A stretch of DNA of 58,883 bases, filler included, from Sphacelaria rigidula (lineage: Eukaryota): assembly GCA_964200075.2 (NCBI GenBank). It is 9 parts of 9 records of this genome, joined end to end, with 100 filler letters (N's around TTAATTAATTAA, not from the genome) between each part and the next. Parts side by side here need not be neighbours in the genome. Positions count along the whole stretch, not along the records: positions 32,771 to 39,224 come from CAXNAA020019979.1; positions 39,325 to 45,777 come from CAXNAA020019980.1; positions 45,878 to 52,330 come from CAXNAA020019981.1; 6 more parts are not named here. One strand, given 5' to 3'. The position numbers and the translations under genes are program-made. Each line of letters starts with the position of its first letter. Position 1 is the first letter of the stretch. Of the stretch, positions 36,501 through 49,200 are shown one piece after another. Below the pieces are notes generated by a model that did no database searches, was not told the DNA's origin, and was given only the letters and a program-made list of their open reading frames with translations.

Positions 36501-37657
36501 ATGTCATGGTGGCGGAGGTGGGAAGGTTGTGGAGCTCTCATCCCTCTGAAGGTCTGAATATGGTGCCAGACTAAAAACATTTATGTTTAGACCGTGGATA
36601 TTTGACGATGAACTCGCATCGGCGGATAACGACGATGTAGTGGTACTGTACAGCGGGTGCACATGCACGACGGGGGTGCAGGTGTATGTGTATATTGGAA
36701 AGGTGTATGTGCGTACTCGTACCCGCTGTAAGCGGTCGCCAGCAGAGTCAACCGGAGTTGGTCTAAGATCTGATGTTACTTACTTGAGTGTAAACGAGAA
36801 TCGGATCTTGAGGGGGCTTGACAGTCCCGCTTGACAGTCCCGTGTGCTCCTAGCGTGCGCAGAACGCGCTTCCGCCCAAATCGGCGTTACATACGCCTAT
36901 TTGAGGTCTACCAGCGCACACTTTGCACAAGGGATCCTATGCAACTCCTTATCCGAGGGTTCTCGTTATGGCTTGGGTTGGGGTTGGGATAAGCGATGGT
37001 TGTAAGAACGTGTCAACCATGGACATAATGCAAACCAACTCCCGTTGGCCCGTAGACAGCAAAGGTCGCCTCGGTACAGTTTCACCGGCTGACCGTGCAG
37101 ATACGTCCGAGGTTTTCCAGGGAGCGGGGGTGGTTTTTGACAGGGGGTTTGGGCCCGTTTGCAGGACAGCCAAAAAGCTTACCAAGTCAACCATGTATAT
37201 ATGGAAGTTTTCCAAGGAAAATTACAAGTCAAGGAGGAGGCTTGAGAGGTGCGCAGTGACCATTCTGACCAATCACGGCTGTCAAAATGGTCACTTTGTT
37301 CCCCTACAGGTGGACTACTCGCTGACTAGCCGTATTTCTCATTCTGGTACGGGCAATTCAACCATAGAAAACATGGACACAAACAGCATGATTTCTAGTA
37401 TGCACGTGGTCTATGACGTGTGCCTGACCCATCATGTGTTCTTAGCATGGCTTCACACTGTAGTGTTGTTGTGAAACACCAAGCGGAGACACCAGCAGCA
37501 TGCATTAGACTGTGCTTAGTGGAGAGCGATGGCACGCTAGCTGTTTCTTGCCCTTGAATCCAGTCAAGACATGAATCGCACACATACTGACTGCACGCTA
37601 TTGACTGCAGGGTCAAAATAGATCAGGGCTTCTCTGGGACTATTTTCTATATAGATA

Positions 37658-38274
37658 CGAGCTGGGCCAACCAACGACGGGTAGTTTTCTCGCTCAGGCG
37701 ACGCACGACGCGATATTAGGAGTTGGACGCTGAAATTTTGACAGCGGCTTTTTATGATCGACATGCAGAACATCAAGTGAGCAGCAAAGAAAAAAGGAGA
37801 AAAAGGGGTAGTAATGGGGATTTGAACTTTTAGTAAAAACAACATAATGTCGTGAGTCCCGGAAAAAAAATGAGCATCTGTAGCTGCTCACGGAACGTAT
37901 CATTTCCTCGGGTGCAGGAGGTCTTCGTGAACTTTCAGCTCAAGAGTCGTCGAATTGGGCCGAGCGTGCAACGTTTTGCGTGACGCTGCTGCACCCCAAT
38001 ACTACCAAGTGCGGGGTGATTGCTAACGTGAACCCACTGCATGAAAAAGAGGGCACTCCGACACGCTATCGCCCAACGATATGAGGCGCACCCCCGTACT
38101 CTATGCAGTACGATAACGTCATCGGCAATACGACGCCAATCGAAGAGCGACGCAGTACTTTGTCATCAGGTGGGTCTGCAGTTCACAGTGATCTGCTTAC
38201 ATCGGGTTCGTTCGCGAAACTGGGAAAGCTGTGGTGTGAGCAACTTTTGGCCGCTTTTAAGCTGGCCTAGCTCG
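37658..38274. mobile_element. Tc1/mariner-like MITE, TA TSD
   Basis: TA|CGAGCTGGGCCA ... TGGCCTAGCTCG|TA; an orphan left end with similar subterminal sequence (GCTGAAATTTTGACA) starts at 34977. Confidence 0.7.
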
Positions 38275-38407
38275 TACCAAACATCCATATGTTCCACGAA
38301 ACACGTGTTTTGTGTAGCGAGAAATGAGCTGTTCTGAACCCCAAATGTTCCATAGTCCATCTCAGTCCACCCACGGGGTGGTCGCTCTCCAAAGGTAAAT
38401 CACCTCC

Positions 38408-38761
38408 CCCGGTGGCTCAGTTAGTAACCTTGAAACCGTGTGACGGTTGGCTCGTGGGTTCGAATCTCGGTGCAGTCACACGATCTGGGATTTTATCTCA
38501 CACAATGCCCAACAGTGGGGAGCTACCATGTGGTGGGTCCACGAAATTCGACTTCACGGTCGACGAGGGAAAGGAACCGCTGAACCCGTCCCTCGATAGA
38601 AAAGAAGGCAAGCACCGTAGAATGAAGGTAGAGAACGAAATCAAAATACAAAAGAAGCTCCTGTGTTGGCTTCCGTCCTGTGACCCCGGCTGATGCGCCC
38701 ACATGTACGGAAATTGTAAACTGGCGTCCAGAATAGATGAGATGGCACACGCACACACACA
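38408..38761 (+). mobile_element. tRNA-derived SINE with (CA)n tail
   Basis: A box GGTGGCTCAGTTAG, B box GGTTCGAATCT; collinear with 3348-3690. Confidence 0.78.
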
Positions 38762-39224
38762 TTCGGTCTCGCACTGACCACTCCCTTTAAGTGTGAAGAA
38801 AATATAGCCATCTGTTCCACGCGGTCGGCTATGTCCATCCGGTTTCGCATGGCCTAGAGAGTGAGGGCTGTTGGTGTATTTACCGACGTCTATTGTAGTG
38901 TTTGTGACTGTGTTTGGAGGAGCTCTGCATCTACCAAGAAGAAATGAGTGGGTGGGGGGTGAGGGGCAGGAGGGAGGGGGAAAGGCGCTACGGTGTATAC
39001 ATACATGTCATCTCCGAACATGAACCCCGCCGTGTGACTTCACCAACCAACCCACCCACCCCGCGCGCGCCCCTCTTTATAGAATAAAATTAACCTGTTG
39101 TCTTGGTCATTGTACTGCTCTAGCATGGTACCTCCCTTCCCCCCCCCCCTACCCGTGGCTGTCTCTGGAAGTGGCGATACCAGATAGTAAAGCAACTCAC
39201 TGTAAGCATTTATCTAAAGGCCAG

Positions 39225-39324
39225 NNNNNNNNNNNNNNNNNNNNNNNNNNNNNNNNNNNNNNNNNNNNTTAATTAATTAANNNNNNNNNNNNNNNNNNNN
39301 NNNNNNNNNNNNNNNNNNNNNNNN
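39225..39324. other. Artificial contig spacer
   Basis: N44-TTAATTAATTAA-N44. Confidence 0.98.
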
Positions 39325-40120
39325 TGTCTGACACAGTTATGAGCCTCTTTTTTCGTGCAACCAAATACCCCCCCCCCCCTATCGTAGGATGACTCTGGGC
39401 AAGATTGGCGAGGCGTGAGATAATCTTGCTACTTTGGTTACAGGTTGTCGCTACCGTGCGCTCGTGTACAAACATGTCGTGCGAGAGAGTGGCCGGCACC
39501 CGAGGTCGCACTATGATTGTTGTTAATAGCAGCTTGACACGTGGCTCGGGACGACTCACCAGACACCCGCGTACTCAGCAAAGTCTGTGAAACAAGGGCA
39601 ATCGTAACCAGCGCGAGCACGAGGGTCCATGGAAGCATTGGACATACAGACATAAGTACAGTATTGGAGCGAAATTATGAAGTGATCCCTTGTGTGGGTG
39701 ACGGTGTATGCACGTAAGTCCCACCGAGGGATGAACTTCCTGTCCTTGAAAATCTCAACCTCGATTTTCTCGATCATTACTGTGGCTTTTACCGGCTACC
39801 GCATCCACAGCCACTGCTGGAACGATTTCGCGCGGTTGGCTTGAGGATCGACGGAGAATTCTTCCGATAACCAGCAGGGTCTTCAGGAGCGCAGATTGTT
39901 GAGATTCTGCAGCAGGTCGGACAGGAGTACGATACAGATGGTTCGGTACACTACAGGCGGTTCAGCAGGGACGGTCGCACGCGGGGAGAACCCATGGGTT
40001 CTCTCCAATAGGAGAACCTGTTCAGACCTGTTCGAGGAACGTCCGTTTCCCCGGAGCATACACAGCTGTACTACAGTCCAGTGCGGAGTGTCTTCCGCTG
40101 GAGGTAATTTAGTGTCGAGT

Positions 40121-40223
40121 ATGTTCGAGCGCGTCATCGCCTCGATACTAACTCGTCTACTTGGAGAGTATGTTGAAGACTCTACCTTCAGCGCGGAGAG
40201 GGTCCGGCTTGGGATATGGCGAG
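40121..40223 (+). CDS. VPS13: VPS13-family lipid transfer protein, exon 1 (Chorein_N)
   Basis: MFERVIASILTRLLGEYVEDSTFSAERVRLGIWR-g|GT; typical MFExxxxxxLxxxLGxYVE...GIWxG start; phase 1. Confidence 0.88.
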
Positions 40224-41600
40224 GTTCGGAAATGTTCAAGTTTGGAACTGTAATGCACTGTACAGGAAGTACTGAGAGTAGCATGACTGGAGTACTCGTA
40301 CAGTACTTGTACGGTATAGTGTAGAGTGCTCACACAATAGTACACTAGTTCCGTCCCTGGTGACAGTTGAGAAGATACGCGTCGTGGTGATGCTTGTAGC
40401 GCTGCAGCAAGTCTGTATTGGGAAGTATCGTGCAAGGGAAATATGTTGAGGCTGTCCACTATACTACACAATTTGTAGAGCAAAGTACCCAAGGTTGTTC
40501 TTAGAACTACTAGACAAGATGGGAGATGCTCTACAGTATGCTGTCCGCCTGAACAAATCTCGTGCTTGTTTCAGTACTGCACTGTATGGCAGTGCTCCTG
40601 TACTGAAGTCTGAATGAGTCCAGCCTGTGATTCCCATCAATCCTTCATCCCCTCATGCAACGCTGGGGTACCGAGCAAAGTCTCACTTCCTCGGTATATA
40701 TGGTAGCCTCGTGCATCGAAGCATCTATCCTACAAGCAGCTTTGCGAGAAGTCCCTGCTCACGCAAAATAGTACGCTCATGATACCGACCCCACGCAGGA
40801 CGGGACAGTCGGTAGTAACTACACAGCATGTGCCGTACAAACTTCATGGGTAAGCAAGTCGCCCAACGGTAAACAAGCGCTGACTTCTCTCGGGCGGCAG
40901 CGGACCGCGTTCCTCGATTGTGTCAAATAAAGAAGTTCGCACAGACGTTGTATAAGCTTCCTGCATTAGAATGGAGCGTGTGTTTTGCCCCGAAGGTCCC
41001 ATTTGCAGCTGAAATCGTCTCGCTCTGCTCTGTTTCGCTAAGGAGGACACGACTGACTCTCACTTCCTGTATGATACACGCGAAGCAACGTTGCATCCCC
41101 GCATCAGAGGGTGCTTTGTCATGATATTATAGGAGCCGCTCTGTACCTTACACGGGCAGGGCTACAGACAGTAAGGCAGTGCCATAATAGCCTTCTGCTC
41201 CAGGTATACCCAGCGTTCGTCATTGGTATGATAACTGGTGAACCAGCGTTATGTTCTTCTTGGTCCTCTAGTACTAAAGAATAGTCCTCTCAATATTCTG
41301 CTGTAGCGTGCACGCCGGTTAGGGGCCGAACTGTCTCACAACGTTCTGAACCCAGTTTACGTGCTGCTTTCATGCGCGAACGGCTAAATCCTTCAAGTCA
41401 CAACATCGCGATGCCCCAGGCATCTCTAGCATGCATTTTCCTCCCGACCCAGGTTCCTGATCATATAATTCAAATACGCTGCCTCTCTCGTCGTGCCGGC
41501 TCCCCCTTACCCTAACCCTTTGGCTTTTGAACCCCATTGCGTACATACATTATGTCATCCAAACAACAAAAAAACATGCAACACCTGATACACACGACAG

Positions 41601-41755
41601 GTGACCTTGTGCTGGAAGACATGCACATCAAGAAAAGCTTGGTCGACACGCTGGAACTCCCCGTGGCGTTGAGGCACGGCACTATCGGTCGCTTGGAGAT
41701 ACGAATACCTTGGAAAAAACTCGGCAAGGACCCCGTCGTTGTAGTGATCGATCGG
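41601..41755 (+). CDS. VPS13: VPS13 exon 2
   Basis: CAG|(G)DLVLEDMHIKKSLVDTLELPVALRHGTIGRLEIRIPWKKLGKDPVVVVIDR|GTGAGT. Confidence 0.92.
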
Positions 41756-41960
41756 GTGAGTGTGGCATGAGGCGCGGGCCGTACTCGTTTGTCGTGCTCC
41801 CGGTGGGCTGGCTGCCGTCCCTTCTCCCAAGGCGTCGTTTCGCCATGCTTCCCTGGAGTGTGCTGCCCTCACGCATGACCAATGAGAGCTTTGCTTGAAA
41901 TATCCGTACAGTTATGCATTCCCCTTACGATGCAATACGCGTGCATCGTGGCACGCTGGA

Positions 41961-41965
<5 letters not shown>

Positions 41966-42012
<47 letters not shown>
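41966..42012. repeat. (CA)n microsatellite in a VPS13 intron
   Basis: Uninterrupted CA run just upstream of the exon 3 acceptor. Confidence 0.9.
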
Positions 42013-42015
<3 letters not shown>

Positions 42016-42039
42016 CGTCCCTCCAACGCCCGCCCGCAG

Positions 42040-42184
42040 GTGTTTTTGGTTGTAGAGCCAAAATTTGAGTGGGATGCGGACGCCGTAAAGAGGCGGGAGA
42101 AGGCTGTCAAATGTGCAAAGCTAGCCGCTGCCGAGCTGTTTCGAACCTCGCCGCTAGAGGACCCTAACGCTGCCTCGGAGCCAG
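42040..42184 (+). CDS. VPS13: VPS13 exon 3
   Basis: CAG|VFLVVEPKFEWDADAVKRREKAVKCAKLAAAELFRTSPLEDPNAASEP-g|GTAGGC; phases 0 to 1. Confidence 0.88.
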
Positions 42185-42535
42185 GTAGGCAATTTCGTGG
42201 AGTACTCGTTGTTGTGGGTTCTAGCTCTGGTTGTCGATCGCTTTTGTTTCAGGACGTAGTAGTGCGGGGCCGGGATGTAGAGTGGGGTATGGCACGTATG
42301 TCGCTGCAGCGAGAGGGTAGGAACGTATTTATACCCACGATACATTCGCCACTGAGGGCGTGTCCCCTCGGAATTGTTGAATACTTATTATGAGCCTCTT
42401 GTTGTGCGGTGCAGATAGTGTTTATGTGTAGTATGTGGAGATACACGCATATGATAATTTCGTTGCTACTCATGTCGAACGCCATTCCCGTATGATGCCG
42501 ACTTTTGCTTATTTTCCGCGCCATCGTGTGTTTAG

Positions 42536-42651
42536 GCGCGAGCAAGGGCAGATGGGGCTCTGGCCTACAAAAATGGGTGACCGATCGCCTCATCACCCGT
42601 ATCGTGGATTCGCTTCAGATCCACGTTCAAGAGGTGCACCTACGCTACGAG
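42536..42651 (+). CDS. VPS13: VPS13 exon 4 (GC donor)
   Basis: TAG|(G)ASKGRWGSGLQKWVTDRLITRIVDSLQIHVQEVHLRYE|GCGAGT; joins D of exon 5 to give HLRYED. Confidence 0.87.
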
Positions 42652-43208
42652 GCGAGTTTTGGACAGAAACCTGTTGGACTCACGAACTGCTCGACTTGCT
42701 GCAGCACATCGACGGCTCGTTCGTGACTGATTCGCGCATACTTCGTTGTACCAGAAAAATAGCTAGACCTCTCGCCCCAAATTTTGTGAAGTACCCCCCG
42801 TTTAAAGTGCGACTATCAATCAATCAAGTCGATCAATACTCTTTGAATAAGAGCCCCACCGCCGCCCCCCCCTCCCGCTCCTCCATCTTCCCCTACTGTG
42901 TGCTGGAAGCGTTTTCGTTCTTTTACAAACGCACAATTCCGTCAATGGTACCTGTAGCAGCATTGTGCGTGCCTACCCGAGGCGTGTCGCCGAACCCCCC
43001 TCGGCGGGACGCGGCGTGTCTCGTCTAGTTGTTTCTCCGCGTGCTACGTCGCTCCTCTGCTATTCCTAACAAACGTCCAATTCATCCTAAACAATGAAGC
43101 CCCCCCGTCCTCCCACTTCCTGACCTCCCGCCACACTCACCCACGCCCTTCCACCAATCCCCGATCATGATCAAACCTTCGCCTCCTCCTCGGTGCTCGA
43201 GCGCACAG

Positions 43209-43759
43209 GACCACCTCTCTCGGGCCAAGGTCCCGTTCTACGTTGGCGTGACCATGGAATCCTTGCACGCAGCCTCAACCGACCAGCCATGGGAGGCCCG
43301 ACCCCGCCCGCGCTATGGCCCTATAATCATGAGTGACGCCCGCAGCAACAGCCCGGTAATACCAACAGGAGAAGACGGAGGAGAGGTAGGGGGAAACAAG
43401 GAGAGTCAAATTGATAATGGAGTAGAAACAAAAGAGGCATCTGGCGCCTTTGGTGCTCGTGATTCAGCGGCAGTGGAGAATGGAGTCGCGTCGGCTGATG
43501 AAGAGTGGGACAACAGCACCGGCGCTAGCGGTGGCAGTGGTAGCGGCACCGGTGACGAGGGAATGGGAGAGGAGAGAGGGAAGGTAGAGGTGGGCGGCCA
43601 GAAGCAGGGGCAGCAGGAGGAGCAGCAACGGCCGTTGGTCAAGAAAGTCGTGCACCTTAACCAGCTGGCAGTGTACTGGAACCCTGCGGACGTCGGTAAC
43701 CCCTGCTCGATGCATCTGTCCGACATGCCGGTTGAGCAGGCCGAAGTAATTATGAGCAG
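43209..43759 (+). CDS. VPS13: VPS13 exon 5
   Basis: CAG|DHLSRAKVPFYVGVTMESLHAASTDQPW...LVKKVVHLNQLAVYWNPAD...EVIMS-ag|GTGCGC. Confidence 0.87.
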
Positions 43760-44058
43760 GTGCGCCGGTGTGCAGGGGGCAGGGGGGGGGAGGGATGGGG
43801 GGGCATACTACTGAGCGGAAACGACGTGTTGATCCTCAAAAACATGCATGGTGAAAAATCGTGCTTGTCGGCTTGTTGTTGGTTCTGCTGCTTCCACCGT
43901 GTTTTTGCAAGAAACGCCCATGTTTTGCCACATTTCCGATTTACGATGATCTGCTTTTCGCAGGTTGCCATTTGAACAATGTTGTCACTCGTAAGACCGC
44001 CGCTTGCTTCGCCTACGTTCACCTGACTGTACGGTTGGGGAGGCGGGACTTACTCGTA

Positions 44059-44639
44059 CGAGCTGGGCCAACTGATGGTGATTTTTAATGTTTCCGGGCC
44101 CGGCTGTGGGTAATGCGAAAATTTTGGCACGATATTTTCATCATCAATATGCACAACATTCTGCGGGGTACCACGAAAAAAAAACCCCAGAAAATTAGGG
44201 TGATTTGAAGTTTCAGCAAAAGCTGGAAGAACGCTATGATCCCGTGAAGATGAAGAAATACATCGGTATCCCTCGTGTTGTTGTGCGTACTTGTGTGCAG
44301 GAGATCCTGGTGCGATTTCGGCCAAAAAATCGTGAAATTCGGCCCAGGCGGCCACTTTTTGTGTGACACCGCTAAGCCCCTTAAATCCAAGTGATACAGG
44401 AGACCCCAGTTATGGAGGTCACGAGTTCAAACCCCGACATATACGTTTTTTTTGTTCCGTCGGTAAGGTCATCCATTATGCAGTACATTTTTTCAAGTTT
44501 TTCTTTATTCAGCGGCGATACCGTGCGTTACCAGGTTGGTCTGCAGGTCATACCGATATGCTCAAGTCGGACTGATTTGTTAAACTTGATACGTTATGGT
44601 GTGACATGCAAATGCGGAATTTACTGCTGGCCCAGCTCG
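44059..44639. mobile_element. Tc1/mariner-like MITE in a VPS13 intron, TA TSD
   Basis: TA|CGAGCTGGGCCA ... TGGCCCAGCTCG|TA, perfect 12-bp TIR. Confidence 0.78.
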
Positions 44640-45076
44640 TATAGCTGTCTCTTTCCAAGCAAAGTCCGCACACGGCCGACAGCGAAAATCTGCGATCCTC
44701 GGTAAACGCAACGGTGACGAGAGTTCGGGGCTGAAGTATCAAAGCGAATCTCGTTGTGACATACCTGCGCAGATCCTAATTTTGGCTTATTATCAGGGTC
44801 GGAAAGGTGCTGCTCCCAATAGAATCATCGACGTTCCAATGTATCTGCTATCCACTGCTTTTTACGCTTCTGCTTGCGGCTTGGGGCATGGGCCGGGGCG
44901 GAACGGGGCGGGGGGTGGGGGGGGGGGGGGGGATTCATGATCATGGATGGGGTGGGGGGGGGGGAGACGGGAGGGGAAGGGNNNNNNNNNNCAGCCGGAT
45001 TGGCCGGACCCGGAGAGGGAGCGGGGCCCCCTTGCCAAGTCGGGGCCCCCGCGCGAGTGCGTGTACACGAAATCAG

Positions 45077-45250
45077 ACTAATCGCGAGGAAGAACGAGGA
45101 CGATGCTGCAGCTTCCACAGGGACAGGAAAAATGGGGCTGATGGGACATGACGCCACCGACACGACGGCGGCAAGACTGAAACACCGGTACATTCTGAAC
45201 CCGGTGGATGCAGCTGCCCGCGTAGCGCTGAGCCTTGACTCTCTCGATCG
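45077..45250 (+). CDS. VPS13: VPS13 exon 6 (gene continues off-contig)
   Basis: CAG|a-LIARKNEDD...LKHRYILNPVDAAARVALSLDSLD-cg|GTGAGT; the phase-2 acceptor matches exon 5; HxYILxPV motif. Confidence 0.78.
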
Positions 45251-45777
45251 GTGAGTCTTATGTTCATACACGAGATTGACCGTTGGACGACGGCCGAAAA
45301 CACCAAAGCCACCCTCCTCGTATCATGATTACACCGCAGCAGTGGATCGTCTAGCCGGCGGTCATGTCATGTTTGGGTTATCATGCCTCGTGTGTGTATA
45401 TTTGGACCAGAACTTCGCCGGCGATAGTGTACGTACGCATACACAAATACCTCTACGTGCATATGTGCTTGTCGTGTGCATTTGCGGGTTATCTCGAGCG
45501 TACCGCATGGTACACAACACAACATCCCCCGGAGGACAAAGTTTCGAAGCCCAAAACGTCATCACCCAGGAGTGTTATTTGGAAGGTACTTATACAAGAT
45601 GCTCCAATACAGTACTGTGGACAACGACATGGTGCCAAAACAGCCGAGAATGTATCACCTGGGGGTGATATTCACGGGGGGGGGGGGGGGGGGGTATGGG
45701 GGCCCGGGCAAAAAACAAAGGGGAAAAAACAACGGGGACATCGATGACGTTGCGGGAAAGGTGGAAGGGAGAAGGGG

Positions 45778-45877
45778 NNNNNNNNNNNNNNNNNNNNNNN
45801 NNNNNNNNNNNNNNNNNNNNNTTAATTAATTAANNNNNNNNNNNNNNNNNNNNNNNNNNNNNNNNNNNNNNNNNNNN
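45778..45877. other. Artificial contig spacer
   Basis: N44-TTAATTAATTAA-N44. Confidence 0.98.
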
Positions 45878-46004
45878 ATTTTATTCTGAAGCTGCGGAAG
45901 CAAGTGGTCTAATCAACCACGGTGCAACCTCTGCATACTATTGTTCGCTGAACAGTAGTTGACCTGTCGTAAGGACAGTGCCACGACCACGAATTATTCC
46001 AACA
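45878..46004 (+). repeat. 3' part of the 5' LTR
   Basis: Ends in TTCCAACA, the inverse of the TGTTGGAA start at 52226; followed by TGTTTTGAGCCG, a possible degenerate GGTTATGAGCCC-type PBS. The two LTR pieces do not overlap, so identity cannot be shown. Confidence 0.6.
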
Positions 46005-46203
46005 TGTTTTGAGCCGTCGATTCGCGACCGCGTAGGTCTTAAGGTCATCGGCCTTCGTTTCGAGACTACGTCGGTCAGCACCAGCGAGGGGACTTCCCAT
46101 CAAGGTCGTCCCGGCAGCTAAAACGTGAGAAGAGCCCTATCCTCATATTCGTTTTTTGATCAAGGTTTTAGGTGTGATAAATTCTCACACATAGTGTAAC
46201 AAG

Positions 46204-49200
46204 ATGAATAATCAAGGAGAACCATCTGTTGCACAGCTCATCAGGAGCATCAGGAAATTCGACGGAACGAATTTCCTTGACTGGAAGCGCAGCACGCGCG
46301 CAATGATTTCCCTCACACATCCTGGGATTTTGGATATAATGAATGGAAGTAAACGACCCGCGGAAACCTTTGATGACGTGGAGCACACTCAAGGTGCCCA
46401 ATCAGTTCCAGTTGCACGACCCAGGTCAAGATCAACTCCGCCACACACCCGCTCCCAAGGAACCGCGCCGTCTTCATCTGAAGAGGCAGCCGAAACAAGT
46501 GATCCAGTTGGGGACCCGCTGGCTGGCAGTGGAGTGGACTTCTCTCGGGAGGATGCACATGTGAGAGTTGTGGTGAACAGATCTGAAGTTAATTATTGGG
46601 ATCGCTGCAACGAAAAGTTGTTCAATATACTATAATTGACAACTACAGGCCCAGCGGGTAGTTTTCTTCTTCGCTTCGAGCCGAAGGGCCACGCAAGACC
46701 GGATGGCAAAATTGCATGGGAGGCACTGGTCGATATATACGAGCACTCCTTGAAGCAACGGCGGCGTATTCTTATGCGTCAGCTAGATAACATCAAGATG
46801 TCACCCGGCCAAGATCCTGACGTGTTTTTGACCAAGATCTATGAACTACGTGATCAGCTGGTGTACATGGGTGAGCCCATTTCAGATGATAGACTCACGG
46901 ACATCGTGGCGGAAGGCTTGACAGATGAATACGACGGGATAAAGTATGATGCGGAGCGTGACCCAGACCTCAGCATCTCCGACATCGAAGTTACAATGAT
47001 AAATATGTATTCAAATCGCGTCGCACGCGGAATTTTGTCGAAGGGAACACGCGGCCGTGATTCCGCCATGATAGCAACCTCACCTCTCGATTCATCTGCA
47101 ACACCTACAAAATTTGCTGGGAAATGTTTTTCCTGCGGTCAGCCTGGACACCAAAGCCGAGACTGTCGCTCAAAACGACAACCTCACAGCAGGAGCAGGA
47201 CTGTAAAATGGTGCAGCCTGCATCGTACAAATAAACATGAAAACTTAGAATGTAAGAGTCAAATTACTAACGGTGCTGCGCCGACGAGTAGCAGCAGGTA
47301 CAAAAAGTACCAGAACAAGAACAACCATCGCCGTCGTAACACGCGGAACAGCAACAACAACTCCGGCTTCAGCACGAACAACACCATCAACCATCCGAAT
47401 CAAGCGAATACCGCCACCATGGACCCTGCGTCAACCACTTCTTCAACTACTGCTCCTTCCAATGATCGAGCTCAAGACACCAGCGGACTTTCATCTTCAA
47501 CATTGATTGAAAAATGCGCGCCACCGAGTGGCATAGGCTATACCTTTTTTGCCGATCCTGCAGACAAGGACATGACTCAGCTATCGGCTTCGATATCATT
47601 TAAGATGGTATGCGACTCCGGGGCCAGTCATCACTACATCGACAATCAGATACTCCCTAATATTGAAGAGGAAATGTTTGATTATGTGAAACTCGATCCT
47701 CCCATGAGAATTCTGACAGCTGGCCGTCATCTCCTCAGTGGGACTGGAAAGGGAGTACGACACTCCATCGTCTGTGATCGACAGGGTCATCAACAATCCG
47801 TCCGCCTTCCGGCCATTATTGTTCCAGGCCTCGGTAAACATCTTTTTCCACCTGTCGAGGCATTACTGAAAGGAGTATTAACTATATTTTCGGTAAATTC
47901 TCACGTGGATCTTGGAAGCTTCAAAATTCCTATCCGGACCGACAATACCGGTACGCTACACTTCCTCAACATGAAACTTATTCGGGATCAGAAGACATTC
48001 CGCACAAACTCCGGGTCTACGTTTACAGCTAAGGTGGTTTCTGGAGACTGCATGGGCCAAGGAACAGCATTTACAGCTATGGCCACCGAGGACGACCCCG
48101 CGGCTCTTTCAACCACTGTAAGTGCAGAAATATGGCATAAACGCCTGGGCCATCCGACTGAACCAGTTATGCGTCGTATCATGAATACACCCGAGGCGGG
48201 TGTCAAGTTTACAGGTTCACTTTCTTCGTGTGACACCTGCATGCTAAACAAAAGCACCCAGCAAAACCATCCGAAGACCGCGGACTTTTCATCAGTGACT
48301 GAGCGTCTACAACTTGTAACAACGGACCTGTCAGGACCCATCATACCGACTGCATGAAGAGGATATAGGTATATGGCTAAATTCATCGACCACTACAGTC
48401 GACTGAAAGTTGTATACTTTTTCAAGGCAAAAAGTGAGGCAATTGCTACCGTGTGCAAGGACGTTCAAGACGTGGCAATTCCCTTAGGACTACGAGTACA
48501 CCGCCTGCGGTCGGATCGGGGGGGATAATATACCGCAGACTACTTTCGACGATACTGCAAAACTACAGGAATTCTCCAAGAGTTCACCTGTCCACATACT
48601 CCCCAGCAAAATGATATGTCAGAACGCGACGGAAGACCTATTCTAAACATAACCCGTTGCCTCTTGAACGAGGCGAACCTACCCAAATACCTGTGGGGTG
48701 AGATCGCAGCAACTGCAGTATTTTTAATCAATCGTCTGCCACATCGGAGCATCAACAGCGAAACACCGTATTACAGGATGTTCGGGAAACAGGCGAAATT
48801 ATCGTTTCTACGCACCATAGGTTGTCGTGCATTCGAACACAAGGAAGGACACCTCAACAATTGGAAGACAAGGCATGGGAGGGAGTTCTGATAGGGTACG
48901 ACAGCGACAGCCCTTCATACCGCATCTACGACCGGCACTCCGGCAGGATAAGTAGTTCCAGAAACGTCACATTCATTGAGCAAGCATCCGGAGCTCCAAC
49001 CAATTTGTGGCAAGAACCAACTCCGAGTACTTGGGAGGGAAATATTGACAATCAACAATACGAGGAACATACTAATCAGAATAATTTCAACTTCAACAAC
49101 AACGTTCTTGAAGGTATCAAGCAGCTGGAAAATATCGAAGACAGTTCTACTACTTCAATACATCCAATGCGACTTCGACCTGCTGGCAGTGTGGAACAGC

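Noticed and set aside
39556..39777. Divergent gene upstream of VPS13 (MIEKIEVEIFKDRKFIPR...)
   Set aside because: Short, weak donor, no recognisable homology.
46633..46635. Programmed stop-codon readthrough in copia gag
   Set aside because: It falls inside the gag N-terminal domain and is one of several scattered lesions, so decay is simpler.
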